Positions 35,969-45,592 are shown, numbered from the stretch's first letter. The stretch is DNA of 64,000 nucleotides from an uncultured Pelagibacteraceae bacterium (GCA_902573755.1 CACGLD010000002.1:3339-67338); one strand, 5' to 3'. Notes: a model not told the origin generated them from the letters alone. Numbers and translations are program-made.

Positions 35969-37107
35969 CTTTTATAAATTTTACCCAAATAACTTTCTAA
36001 AAATTTTTTATTTTTAGTTAAAAGTTTTAAAAAAATATTTCTAAATATGATCATAATTGGATTTGATAAATGGAAGGCAAATTGATTGAAATTAGATCTA
36101 CTGTTAATCATTTTTACTCTCTTTAATCTAATATCATAAAAATTATTGTTATTTATTAAACATTCATATAATTCATTAGCCCCCTCAATTGATTGGGAAG
36201 CTCCCTGTGCAAATGAAGGTGAAAAAGCAAAAAATGCGTCTCCTACAAGGAATATGTTTTTTGGAGGATTATATAAATTTTTACTTACAAATATTGGAAA
36301 TAATTTAATATTTTGAAGACTTTTCAAAAAACTTTGAGAAACTTTTTTAGATAATTTAAATTTAATATTTTTTATAAAAGAACTCTCGGTAAAAAGATTA
36401 TAGTTCTCTTGCTCATTTGAATTTAATTTATGTTTTAAAATGCCGATAAAATTTAAATTTTTTTCATTATTAATTGGATAGACAACATAATGAAAATTTG
36501 GTCCTAAAAACAGAGAAATATTTTCTTCATTTATATTTTGAAAATTTTCTCTTGATATAGTGCCCCTAATTGCAATCGTATCATTGTAAATTGGTTTTGA
36601 TTTATTATTTGAAATTAATAACTTCCCCTTAGAAAACACACCGTCTGAAATAATTAAGTAATCACAAGTTATCTTATTTTTATCAAATATTAATTTTATT
36701 GAATCTTTATCGTAATCAATCTGTTCAATACTGTGGTTATATTTAATTATATCTTCGTTTATTTGATTTTTTAAAAATTGAAGTAATTTTGATCTTTTCA
36801 ATGTTGTGTATTTACAATCTTCAGAATTAAATTTTGAAATATCTAAGTCACAAATTTTTTTTGAATTTTTAATTTCATAAAAATCAATTTTTTTTGGATT
36901 AAATTTTTCTTCTTCAATGAAAGAAGTGAAGCCTATTTTATTTAAAAGCTTTACACTATTTACCGACAACTGAATTCCATAGCCTTCTTCCATTTCTATT
37001 GAATTCCTTTTTTCATAAATCTTAACCTGGTAATCCTTATGATCTTTGAATAAATTAGCAATATACAAACCAGAAATTCCAGCACCAATTATTGCTATTT
37101 TTTTCAT
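35965..37107 (-). CDS. FAD-dependent monooxygenase (aromatic hydroxylase-like)
   Basis: GAGISG, DG motif (SDGVFS), GD motif (LVGDA...P..AQGA). Confidence 0.8.
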   Translation of the reverse strand: MKKIAIIGAGISGLYIANLFKDHKDYQVKIYEKRNSIEMEEGYGIQLSVNSVKLLNKIGFTSFIEEEKFNPKKIDFYEIKNSKKICDLDISKFNSEDCKYTTLKRSKLLQFLKNQINEDIIKYNHSIEQIDYDKDSIKLIFDKNKITCDYLIISDGVFSKGKLLISNNKSKPIYNDTIAIRGTISRENFQNINEENISLFLGPNFHYVVYPINNEKNLNFIGILKHKLNSNEQENYNLFTESSFIKNIKFKLSKKVSQSFLKSLQNIKLFPIFVSKNLYNPPKNIFLVGDAFFAFSPSFAQGASQSIEGANELYECLINNNNFYDIRLKRVKMINSRSNFNQFAFHLSNPIMIIFRNIFLKLLTKNKKFLESYLGKIYKS

Positions 37108-38090
37108 TTATGACTCTCTAAAAATTTTACTATCTTTTTTGTAAATGTTGGCAGTGTATAATTTTGAAGCTTCGTTGGATCAATCCAATAATTATTTTTA
37201 TTTAAATTGTATTTATTTTTAAATTCAATTTTAATATTCATGCTCATATTAGACATTTTAAAATTCAAATCTTTATCAAAATTTTTTGGATTATTTACTT
37301 CCTCCATCGGAAAGATATTAAAATTTTTCAAAAAATTAAATTTGTTATTTTTGATTAATAAATAATGATTATTTTTTTTATAAACATTTAGCTTGTAAAA
37401 AGTTTCCTTATCTTTTTTTTTAAATTTTACTAAATCAAAATTTTTATTTTTAAATGATTTGCATTTTTTTACTAGTGGACAATTTTTACAATTAGGACTA
37501 ACAGGTTTACAAATTAGTGCTCCTAATTCCATTAAAGCTTGAGCATAATCACTAGACCTTTTGATAGATGTTCCAAAAATTTTTTTCTTCTCGTGTAAAT
37601 TTTCTTTTTTTATTTGATCTTGTTTTTTTAAAAATAAGTATCTCTTAAGTACTCTTTCAATATTACCGTCTAGAGGAATTATTGGTTCATTGAATGCAAT
37701 TGCAGAAATTGCACTTGCTGTATAATCTCCAATTCCTGGAAGAGACTTTAAATCCAAAAAATTTCTAGGTATTTTTTTATTAAAATTTTTAACAACTATT
37801 TGAGCTGTTTTTTTTAAATTTCTTACTCTTGAATAGTATCCAAGACCCTCCCAAAGTTTAATTAATTTTCTATCATCATATTTAGATAATTTTTCTATCG
37901 TGGGAATGTTTTTTATAAACCTGTTAAAGTAAGGTATTACCGTTGCAACCTGGGTTTGCTGCAACATAAATTCACTTATTAAAGTGTAGTATTGCTTTTT
38001 TGTTTGAGAAACATTCTTTCTCCAAGGTAAAGATCTTTTATTTAAATCATACCAATTAAGAATATTATTTGTTATTATTGGATCTTTCAT
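37104..38090 (-). CDS. mutY: A/G-specific adenine glycosylase
   Basis: LPWR, SEFMLQQT, WEGLGYY, HhH LPGIG..DGN, 4Fe-4S motif C-X6-C-X2-C-X5-C; ATG at 38090. Confidence 0.92.
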   Translation of the reverse strand: MKDPIITNNILNWYDLNKRSLPWRKNVSQTKKQYYTLISEFMLQQTQVATVIPYFNRFIKNIPTIEKLSKYDDRKLIKLWEGLGYYSRVRNLKKTAQIVVKNFNKKIPRNFLDLKSLPGIGDYTASAISAIAFNEPIIPLDGNIERVLKRYLFLKKQDQIKKENLHEKKKIFGTSIKRSSDYAQALMELGALICKPVSPNCKNCPLVKKCKSFKNKNFDLVKFKKKDKETFYKLNVYKKNNHYLLIKNNKFNFLKNFNIFPMEEVNNPKNFDKDLNFKMSNMSMNIKIEFKNKYNLNKNNYWIDPTKLQNYTLPTFTKKIVKFLESHK

Positions 38091-38579
38091 ATGCAATCTA
38101 AAAATAATACTAAGCAGAGAAACGCTAGCATTCAAGGATTAAGATCTTTCAAAGACACTTTGCCAAAAAATGTCAAAAAAATAATAAATAAAAAAGGTCA
38201 TGTATATTCAGAAACGCTGAGCAATTGGAAATATTTAGTTGGAAGCGAATTATTTAAAATTTGCTATCCAAAAATATTTAAAAATTCAAATAAATTTGGA
38301 GTTAGCACCTTAGTGGTGATGGTCAAGCGAGGGCATGAAGTTGACTTAGAATATTCGAAAAAAGATATTTTAGATAAAATGAATAATTTTTTTGGATATT
38401 CAGTTGTTGAAAAGCTTAAATTCATAAGTTTTGATGATGAACATGAAATGACAGGCTCGAGTAAAACAAAAGTTAAAAATGTGGCAATTAGTAAATACCA
38501 AGATAAGATTAAAGGTGTTAAAAACGAAAAAATTAAAAAATCATTAACAGATTTAACCAGGGTTTTTAGAGAGAAATGA
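38091..38579 (+). CDS. DUF721/DciA-family protein (putative replicative helicase operator)
   Basis: W..LVG and MNNFFGYSVVEKLKF patterns; alphaproteobacterial mutY<-dciA-dsbA-smc arrangement. Confidence 0.72.
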   Translation: MQSKNNTKQRNASIQGLRSFKDTLPKNVKKIINKKGHVYSETLSNWKYLVGSELFKICYPKIFKNSNKFGVSTLVVMVKRGHEVDLEYSKKDILDKMNNFFGYSVVEKLKFISFDDEHEMTGSSKTKVKNVAISKYQDKIKGVKNEKIKKSLTDLTRVFREK

Positions 38580-39154
38580 AAAAAATTATATTCTTAATAT
38601 TAATATTTTTTACTACAGTCTTAAATGTACAAGCTGAGGAAATTAAAAGAATAACTGTTGGTAACAAAGATGCAAAAATAACTATTATAGCTTTTGAATC
38701 GTTAACTTGTAGTCATTGTGCTAATTTTCATAAAAATGTTTATCCTCAATTAAAAGAAGAGTATCTTGATACCGGACTCGCTAAAATAGAATTTAGACAT
38801 TTTCCATTAGACATAGCGGCCTTTAATGCATCTAAAGTTTCTCAGTGTAAGAATGATGGAAATTCAGACATCCTTGAAAGTTTATATGCTAATCAACAAA
38901 AATGGGTAAAGGGAAGTTCAATACAGGAGGCAAATAAAAATCTACAAAAATTTTTAAAAAGTGAGGGATTTAGTATTGATTTTGATACTTGTATAAATAA
39001 TAAGGAAATTGAAGATTTTGTATTAAACGATCGAATCGATGGAACAAAGAACTTCAAAGTGAACGCAACTCCTACGATTATTATTAACAACGAAAAATTT
39101 GAAAAAACTCTAAATTATAAAAATTTAAAAAAAGCGCTAGAAAAACTGATATAA
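38576..39154 (+). CDS. DsbA-family thiol:disulfide oxidoreductase
   Basis: Signal peptide, CSHC active site, FRHFPLD, cis-Pro loop ATPT. Confidence 0.88.
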   Translation: MKKIIFLILIFFTTVLNVQAEEIKRITVGNKDAKITIIAFESLTCSHCANFHKNVYPQLKEEYLDTGLAKIEFRHFPLDIAAFNASKVSQCKNDGNSDILESLYANQQKWVKGSSIQEANKNLQKFLKSEGFSIDFDTCINNKEIEDFVLNDRIDGTKNFKVNATPTIIINNEKFEKTLNYKNLKKALEKLI

Positions 39155-39162
39155 GTTAGTGC

Positions 39163-41736
39163 ATGGAGTTTAAAAAAATCCAATTAAACGGATTTAAATC
39201 TTTTGCTGAAAAAACCAACTTCTTAATTGAGGACGGTCTCACGGGTATAGTGGGTCCTAACGGCTGTGGTAAATCTAACATTGTAGAATCTCTAAGATGG
39301 GTAATGGGAGAGACCTCTGCAAAGAGTATGCGTGGATCCGGTATGGAAGATGTAATTTTTTCAGGAACATCTAACAAAGCGTCAAAAAATATTGCAGAAG
39401 TTTCAATTGAAGTTGAAAACAAAGATAAAGAAGGTCCTATTCAATATCGTGAAACAGAGCAAATACAAGTTAGAAGAAAAATAGAAAAAGATAAAGGATC
39501 TAAATTTTACATAAATGATAAAGAGGTAAGAGCAAGAGATGCTCAAATGTTTTTTGCAGATCTTTCGACTGGTGCGCACTCTCCATCCATGATTAGTCAA
39601 GGAAGAATAGGTGCATTGGTAACAGCGAAACCAACAGATAGAAGGGCTATTTTAGAAGAAGCTGCAGGAATATCTGGTTTACACGTTAGAAGACATGAGG
39701 CTGAATTAAGATTAGGTGCGGCTGAGAATAATCTAAAAAGAGCAGATGAACTAAGAAGACAGCAAGAAAAACAATTAGCGAATCTTCAAAAACAAGCTGA
39801 AGAGGCAACAAAATACAAACTAATTTCAGATCAAATTAAAAAAATTGAAGCAGGCTTATATTATTTAAAATTATTAGAAATAGATAAAGAAATTAGAATA
39901 GAAAATGAAATTAATACTGAGGCAGAAGGAGAAGTAGAAGGATTTAATAACAAAATATCTGAATTAGAAAACTCAATTAAAACTTTTACAGATAAAGTAA
40001 ATCCATTGAGAGAGAAAAATATTGAAAATTTATCAAGGATACAAAGACTTAATTTAGAACTTCAAAGTTTAGATGAGGAGAATACAAGAATTCAAGATGA
40101 GATAGAAAGCATCAAAAAATCAATTCAAACACTCGATGATGATATCACGAGAGAAAAAGGGATAATCATAGACGCTAACTCAAATGAAAAAAGATTGAAG
40201 GAAGAAAAAACTGAATTAATTGAGACAGACTCGAAGTATTTTGAAACAGAAAAATTATCTAATGAAGAGTTAGAAAGTGCAAAAAATAAACTTAAAGAAG
40301 AACAAAAAGCTGTTGATGAAGTTGTAAACAGTTTAGCAGAAGAAACTGTAAATATAAGTGTTGGTCCAATAAGAAATGTAAAAAACACTATATCAAGGGT
40401 AAAAGAATTAATAGATAGTAATGAAATAAATCAAGCAGTAACACTTCTAGATAGATGTAATATGGAGCTAGATAGTTTTTTAAATGATTTAAAAAATGAA
40501 AGATCTAGAAGTGAGTTATTAGGAGTTAGCGAAAAATCAGAAAATATAAAATTACTCCAAGAAAAATATGCCGATGCATATAGTAAAAATCAATCAATTA
40601 AAAATGAGTCTATAAAAAGAAATGAAAGAATTAAAACCATTGAAACGGAAATTGAAAGTTGGAAAAATTTATTAACTAACTCAGAAAAAATGGTTAATGA
40701 ACTAACACAAAGAAAAGAAAAATTATCAAATCAATTAAGTGATTTAGAAAATCAACCTAGAGCACAGGCAGAGAGAAAAGGTCAAATTTCAGAAAATTTA
40801 AGAATTTCAGATAAAGAAAAAATTGATAATGAAGCGATTATAGATGAAACAGATCAAAAAATTGAAATGTTAAGAACGCAATTAAATGAAATACAAGAAC
40901 AATCAATTCAAATCAGAGAAAGAAAAGCAAGCTCAGGAGCCACAATTGAAGGCCTGCAAAAAAGAAAAAATGATCTGCTTGATAGAATAAGTTCTGAGCT
41001 AAATTTAAATGAAGATAATATTTTAGAAAATTCAAATTTAAATGGAGTAGAAGAGCTTCCAAATCCAGTTGATCAAGAAGATGCTTTAGACAAGAAAAAA
41101 CAAGAAAGAGAAAAATTAGGATCTGTAAATTTAAAAGCAGATGAAGAAACAAGTAAATATGAAGAAGAGATAAAAAAAATGGAACAGGATCGTGCTGACC
41201 TTGTTACTGCTATCTTGAAACTGAAAGATAGCATCAATGAACTTAATCAAAAAGGAAGAGAGAGATTGATTGAAGCTTTTGAAAAAGTTAATAGAAAATT
41301 TAATGAAGTTTATACAAAACTTTTCAATGGTGGAAATGCCAAACTAGAATTGGTAGACTCTGATGATCCACTTGAAGCAGGTTTAGAAATGCTGGTTAGT
41401 CCTCCAGGAAAAAGACTTCAATCTATAACTTTGTTATCTGGAGGTGAGCAAGCTTTGACTGCCCTCTCATTAATCTTTGCAGTATTTTTAACAAATCCTT
41501 CACCTATATGTGTATTGGATGAGGTTGATGCACCGCTTGACGATGCTAACGTAACAAGATTTTGTAGTTTACTTGAGGAACTAATTAAAATCACCAACAC
41601 CAAATTCATAATTGTAACTCATCATGCTTTAACCATGTCAAAAATGAATAGACTATATGGGGTAACTATGCCTCAAAAAGGAATTAGTCAGCTTGTGGCT
41701 GTTGATTTACAAAAAGCAGAGAGTATGGTTGCTTAA
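39163..41736 (+). CDS. smc: Chromosome segregation SMC protein, short (857 aa) and apparently lacking the hinge
   Basis: GFKSF, Walker A GPNGCGKSN, Q-loop ISQG, LSGGE, Walker B/D-loop LDEVDAPLD, H-loop VTH; long coiled coils. Confidence 0.9.
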   Translation: MEFKKIQLNGFKSFAEKTNFLIEDGLTGIVGPNGCGKSNIVESLRWVMGETSAKSMRGSGMEDVIFSGTSNKASKNIAEVSIEVENKDKEGPIQYRETEQIQVRRKIEKDKGSKFYINDKEVRARDAQMFFADLSTGAHSPSMISQGRIGALVTAKPTDRRAILEEAAGISGLHVRRHEAELRLGAAENNLKRADELRRQQEKQLANLQKQAEEATKYKLISDQIKKIEAGLYYLKLLEIDKEIRIENEINTEAEGEVEGFNNKISELENSIKTFTDKVNPLREKNIENLSRIQRLNLELQSLDEENTRIQDEIESIKKSIQTLDDDITREKGIIIDANSNEKRLKEEKTELIETDSKYFETEKLSNEELESAKNKLKEEQKAVDEVVNSLAEETVNISVGPIRNVKNTISRVKELIDSNEINQAVTLLDRCNMELDSFLNDLKNERSRSELLGVSEKSENIKLLQEKYADAYSKNQSIKNESIKRNERIKTIETEIESWKNLLTNSEKMVNELTQRKEKLSNQLSDLENQPRAQAERKGQISENLRISDKEKIDNEAIIDETDQKIEMLRTQLNEIQEQSIQIRERKASSGATIEGLQKRKNDLLDRISSELNLNEDNILENSNLNGVEELPNPVDQEDALDKKKQEREKLGSVNLKADEETSKYEEEIKKMEQDRADLVTAILKLKDSINELNQKGRERLIEAFEKVNRKFNEVYTKLFNGGNAKLELVDSDDPLEAGLEMLVSPPGKRLQSITLLSGGEQALTALSLIFAVFLTNPSPICVLDEVDAPLDDANVTRFCSLLEELIKITNTKFIIVTHHALTMSKMNRLYGVTMPQKGISQLVAVDLQKAESMVA

Positions 41737-41745
41737 ACTATATAA

Positions 41746-42021
41746 ATGCCAAAAGACCCTTTCAAAACTCGCTTAGAGATTGCAAAAAGCAAGATTTCAA
41801 AGAAAAATCTCTACAATAAGAAGAATGACCCCTCACCTATAGGAACTGCATTCAAATTGAGCACAGAACTTGTTTCTGCAGTGGCTGTGGGGACAATTAT
41901 TGGGTTTATTTTTGACAAGACCTTTGGTACTAAACCCTGGTTTATATTAATATTTTTTTTTGTTGGTGTAGTTGCTGGAATAACCAATGTGATTAGATCT
42001 GCAAAAAAAATGCAAAAATAA
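41746..42021 (+). CDS. atpI: AtpZ/AtpI-family ATP synthase accessory protein
   Basis: Two TM helices with ELVSAV...FD...GTKPW; first gene of the F0 cluster. Confidence 0.82.
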   Translation: MPKDPFKTRLEIAKSKISKKNLYNKKNDPSPIGTAFKLSTELVSAVAVGTIIGFIFDKTFGTKPWFILIFFFVGVVAGITNVIRSAKKMQK

Positions 42022-42030
42022 ATAAGTATT

Positions 42031-42765
42031 ATGGCAGCAAATCCTATGTCCCAATTCGACGTTTATAGAATTGGACCAGAAATTAAAGTTGGAGCATTCG
42101 ACATATCTTTTACGAACGCAAGTTTGTTTATGATTTTAAGTACTGTATCTATTTTATTAATCTTTAATTTAGGATCAAAAAAAAATTCAATACTACCAAA
42201 CAAAATTCAATTATTATCAGAACTTAGCTATACCTTTGTATCCAAAATGATTAGCGATACAGCTGGATCAAAAGCTAAACCATACTTTGCATTTATATTT
42301 TCTCTATTCATGTTTGTTTTATTTTGTAACATGTTTGGAATGATACCTTATACTTTCACTGTAACAAGTCATATCATTGTAACATTTGTGCTCGCAGCAT
42401 TTATATTTATTGGAGTGACTGTAATTGGGTTTATTAAACATGGATTTGGGTATTTAAAATTATTTGTTCCAAGTGGAGTGCCTGCAGTATTACTCCCTTT
42501 AATTGTTGTTATAGAAATTATTTCTTATTTAAGTAGACCTATAAGTTTATCAGTTAGATTATTTGCCAATATGATGGCTGGTCACACAATGATGAAAGTT
42601 TTCGGAGGCTTTGTAATTAGCCTTGGAATAGTTGGTGGATGGCTTCCACTAAGTTTTTCGGTTGCGTTAACTGGTTTGGAGATCTTAGTTGCTTTTCTTC
42701 AAGCTTATGTTTTTGCAATCTTAACCTGCATCTATTTAAATGATGCATTAAATTTACACCATTAA
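42031..42765 (+). CDS. atpB: ATP synthase F0 subunit a
   Basis: RPISLSVRLFANMMAGH, LQAYVF. Confidence 0.97.
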   Translation: MAANPMSQFDVYRIGPEIKVGAFDISFTNASLFMILSTVSILLIFNLGSKKNSILPNKIQLLSELSYTFVSKMISDTAGSKAKPYFAFIFSLFMFVLFCNMFGMIPYTFTVTSHIIVTFVLAAFIFIGVTVIGFIKHGFGYLKLFVPSGVPAVLLPLIVVIEIISYLSRPISLSVRLFANMMAGHTMMKVFGGFVISLGIVGGWLPLSFSVALTGLEILVAFLQAYVFAILTCIYLNDALNLHH

Positions 42766-42782
42766 TAACAGAGGAGGATATA

Positions 42783-43010
42783 ATGGAATTAGAAGCAGCA
42801 AAAATGATCGGGGCAGGTTTAGCAGCAATTGCTTTAGCTGGAGCCGGTGTTGGTATCGGAATAATTTTTGGAAATTATTTGTCTGGTGCAATGAGAAATC
42901 CATCTGCAGCACAAAAACAATTTCCTAACTTGCTTTTAGGTTTTGCACTTGCAGAAGCAACAGGATTATTCGGATTGGTAGTTGCGTTAATCATTCTCTT
43001 TGCGTTTTAA
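42783..43010 (+). CDS. atpE: ATP synthase F0 subunit c
   Basis: GAGVGIG, RNP loop, proton-carrying Glu in LAEA; strong SD GAGGAGG upstream. Confidence 0.97.
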   Translation: MELEAAKMIGAGLAAIALAGAGVGIGIIFGNYLSGAMRNPSAAQKQFPNLLLGFALAEATGLFGLVVALIILFAF

Positions 43011-43014
43011 ATTG

Positions 43015-43605
43015 ATGGTTAAAAAAATATATTTTCAGTCAATATTTTTTAGCTTCTTTTTTATTAAAGAAGCTTTTGCAGCTGAAAGCGGAGGTATGCC
43101 TCAATTAAATCCAGAGTTTTGGGTTTCCCAAATTTTTTGGCTAATACTTACTTTTGGCATTATGTATTTAGTATTATCTAAACTAATACTACCAAAAATT
43201 AGTAACAACTTAGAATCGAGAAAATCTCAAATATTAGAAAATATTGAGGCTGCTGAGAAACAAAGAGAAGATAGTGATGCAAAACTAAAAGAATACGATG
43301 AAATTATATCTAAAAGCAAACTTGAGGCTAATAGTATTTTCAATCAAGCAAGAGAAAAAGCACTAAAAGATATTGGTGCAAAAAGAGAAGTGCTTGATAA
43401 GCAAATTGATAATGAAATTGCTGAGGCTGAAAAAGAAATAGATGCATTAAGAAAAAATGCGCCAGATAAAATAAATAAAATTGCTATTGAGACTTCATCT
43501 GAGTTATTGCAAAAACTAATTGGAGCAGAAGTAAATAATAGTAGTATATCTGCAATTGTTGACGATCTATCTAAAAGAAATGGAGATAAATACTATGGCA
43601 ATTGA
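43015..43605 (+). CDS. ATP synthase F0 subunit b'
   Basis: MPQL...SQIFWL TM segment followed by a coiled coil; lies between atpE and atpF; start uncertain. Confidence 0.88.
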   Translation: MVKKIYFQSIFFSFFFIKEAFAAESGGMPQLNPEFWVSQIFWLILTFGIMYLVLSKLILPKISNNLESRKSQILENIEAAEKQREDSDAKLKEYDEIISKSKLEANSIFNQAREKALKDIGAKREVLDKQIDNEIAEAEKEIDALRKNAPDKINKIAIETSSELLQKLIGAEVNNSSISAIVDDLSKRNGDKYYGN

Positions 43606-44092
43606 TGCAACTTTTTGGGTAGCCGTATCATTTATTATTTTTTTTGGAGCGTTAATTTACCTTAAAATTCCTCAAAAAATTTCTGAAATGTTAGATAAAA
43701 TGATATCTGACATTAAAAATGAAATTGATGAAAGTGAAAAATTAAGAACCGAGGCAAAAACACTATTAGATAACTCACAAAAAAAATTAGATACAGCTCA
43801 GTCTGTTAGCAACGAAATTCTTGAGAACGCCAAAAAAGATGCGGACAGATTAATAATTGAGATGAATGATAAGTTTCATAAATCATCAGAAATTAAAAAA
43901 AATTTAGCTGAAAATAAAATAAGTCAGATGAAAGAAGCCGCTTTAAAAGAAATTAAGGACGCATCAATAAAGATTGCCGTAGACTCAGTTAAAAAAATAA
44001 TAACTACATCTGTAGATAAGTCAAAATTAGATGCTGTGTTTCAAAAAAATTTAGATGAAACTAAAGCAGAGTTAAAAAAAATTAACTCATAA
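43595..44092 (+). CDS. atpF: ATP synthase F0 subunit b
   Basis: DATFWVAVSF TM segment followed by a coiled coil; ATG 43595. Confidence 0.9.
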   Translation: MAIDATFWVAVSFIIFFGALIYLKIPQKISEMLDKMISDIKNEIDESEKLRTEAKTLLDNSQKKLDTAQSVSNEILENAKKDADRLIIEMNDKFHKSSEIKKNLAENKISQMKEAALKEIKDASIKIAVDSVKKIITTSVDKSKLDAVFQKNLDETKAELKKINS

Positions 44093-44096
44093 TACA

Positions 44097-44125
44097 CTTA
44101 CAATTTTTCAAAAAAGCTATAAATT
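44097..44125 (+). promoter_or_regulatory. Candidate promoter giving a leaderless crtI transcript
   Basis: CTTACA (44097-44102), 17-bp spacer, TAAATT (44120-44125); ATG at 44132 with no SD. Confidence 0.35.
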
Positions 44126-44131
44126 ATTAAA

Positions 44132-45592
44132 ATGAACTCTATAGTCATTGGATCAGGATTTGGTGGAATCGCAGCAGCACTAAGACTTAAAGCAAAAGGA
44201 CATAAGGTAAAATTAATAGAAAAACATCCAGACCTAGGTGGAAGAGCAAGAGTTTTTAAGAAAAACGGATTTATATATGATGCTGGGCCAACAGTAATTA
44301 CTGCACCCTACTTAATTAATGAATTGTTCGAGTTATTCAATAAAGATCCAAAAAATTATATAGAACTAACTCCACTTAAAATTTGGTACCAGTTTATTTT
44401 TGAAGACAAAACTAAATTTAATTATTCAGGCGACGAAATGGAGATGAAAGGCCAAATTGAGAAGCTTAGCAAAGAAGATGTAAATGGATATGAAAAATTA
44501 GTTAATTTTACAAAAAAAATATTTGATAAAGGTTTTTTAGAACTTGCAGATGTACCATTTGATAAACCTTTCGTAATGATGCAACAATTGCCTGCCTTAT
44601 TAAAACTTAAAAGTTATAAATCAGTTTACTCACTTGTTTCATCTTATATAAAAAATGAAAAATTAAGAAGAATGCTTAGCATGCATCCTTTGCTAGTTGG
44701 GGGAAATCCTTTTACCACCACTTCTATTTATGGATTAATTCTTTATTTAGAAAAAAAATGGGGAATACATTATTCAGTTGGAGGAACAGGAAATATAATT
44801 AAAGGTTTTGAAAAATTAATGAATGAGGTTGGTATTGAAATAATAAAAAACAGTGAAGTAACAGAAATTATATCAAAAAATAATAAAATAAGTGGTGTGA
44901 AATTAAATAATGACAATGAAATTGATGCAGATAATGTTATTTGTAATGCAGATCCACCTGCATTTTATGAGAAAATGTTAAGTAAAAGCAACATGAATTC
45001 CATGTTGTTTAATTGGAAAAAAAATCGAATGGAATATTCTATGGGTTTATTTGTTTACTATTTTGGAACAAAAAAAATTTATGAGAATGTTGAACATCAT
45101 ACAATAAAGTTTGGAAACAAGTATAAAGAACATCTTGATGATATATTTGATAAGAAAAAATTAAATAACGATATTAGCTATTATCTTCACAGACCTACAG
45201 CGACTGATAAAACTATGGCCCCGGAAGGAAATGATTGTTTTTACGTGTTAGTGCCTGTTCCTAATAATCAGTCAAAAATAAATTGGGAAATTGAAGGTGA
45301 GAAAATGAAAAATCTTGTAATTGAAAAAATGGAAAAAGACTTAATGCCGGATCTTAAGAATAATATAGTCGAGGACTTTTATCTAACACCTGATTACTTT
45401 GAAGAAGAATTAAATACAAAATTTGGATCAGGATTTTCAATTCAACCTAAATTTACTCAATCCGCATACTTTAGATTTCATAATAAATCTGAAATATATG
45501 ATGGTTTGTACTTTGTTGGTGCAGGAACACACCCGGGGGCTGGGGTGCCAGGTGTTCTCTCTTCAGCAAAAGTTTTAGATAAATTATTTTAA
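44132..45592 (+). CDS. crtI: Phytoene desaturase
   Basis: GSGFGG, DAGPTVIT, LLVGGNPF, LYFVGAGTHPGAGVPGV. Confidence 0.95.
   Translation: MNSIVIGSGFGGIAAALRLKAKGHKVKLIEKHPDLGGRARVFKKNGFIYDAGPTVITAPYLINELFELFNKDPKNYIELTPLKIWYQFIFEDKTKFNYSGDEMEMKGQIEKLSKEDVNGYEKLVNFTKKIFDKGFLELADVPFDKPFVMMQQLPALLKLKSYKSVYSLVSSYIKNEKLRRMLSMHPLLVGGNPFTTTSIYGLILYLEKKWGIHYSVGGTGNIIKGFEKLMNEVGIEIIKNSEVTEIISKNNKISGVKLNNDNEIDADNVICNADPPAFYEKMLSKSNMNSMLFNWKKNRMEYSMGLFVYYFGTKKIYENVEHHTIKFGNKYKEHLDDIFDKKKLNNDISYYLHRPTATDKTMAPEGNDCFYVLVPVPNNQSKINWEIEGEKMKNLVIEKMEKDLMPDLKNNIVEDFYLTPDYFEEELNTKFGSGFSIQPKFTQSAYFRFHNKSEIYDGLYFVGAGTHPGAGVPGVLSSAKVLDKLF

Noticed and set aside
39163-41736. Short SMC as a Wadjet/MksB, SbcC or RecN protein
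   Set aside because: Head motifs and synteny are those of housekeeping Smc; there are no jet/mks or sbcD neighbours and no CxxC hook
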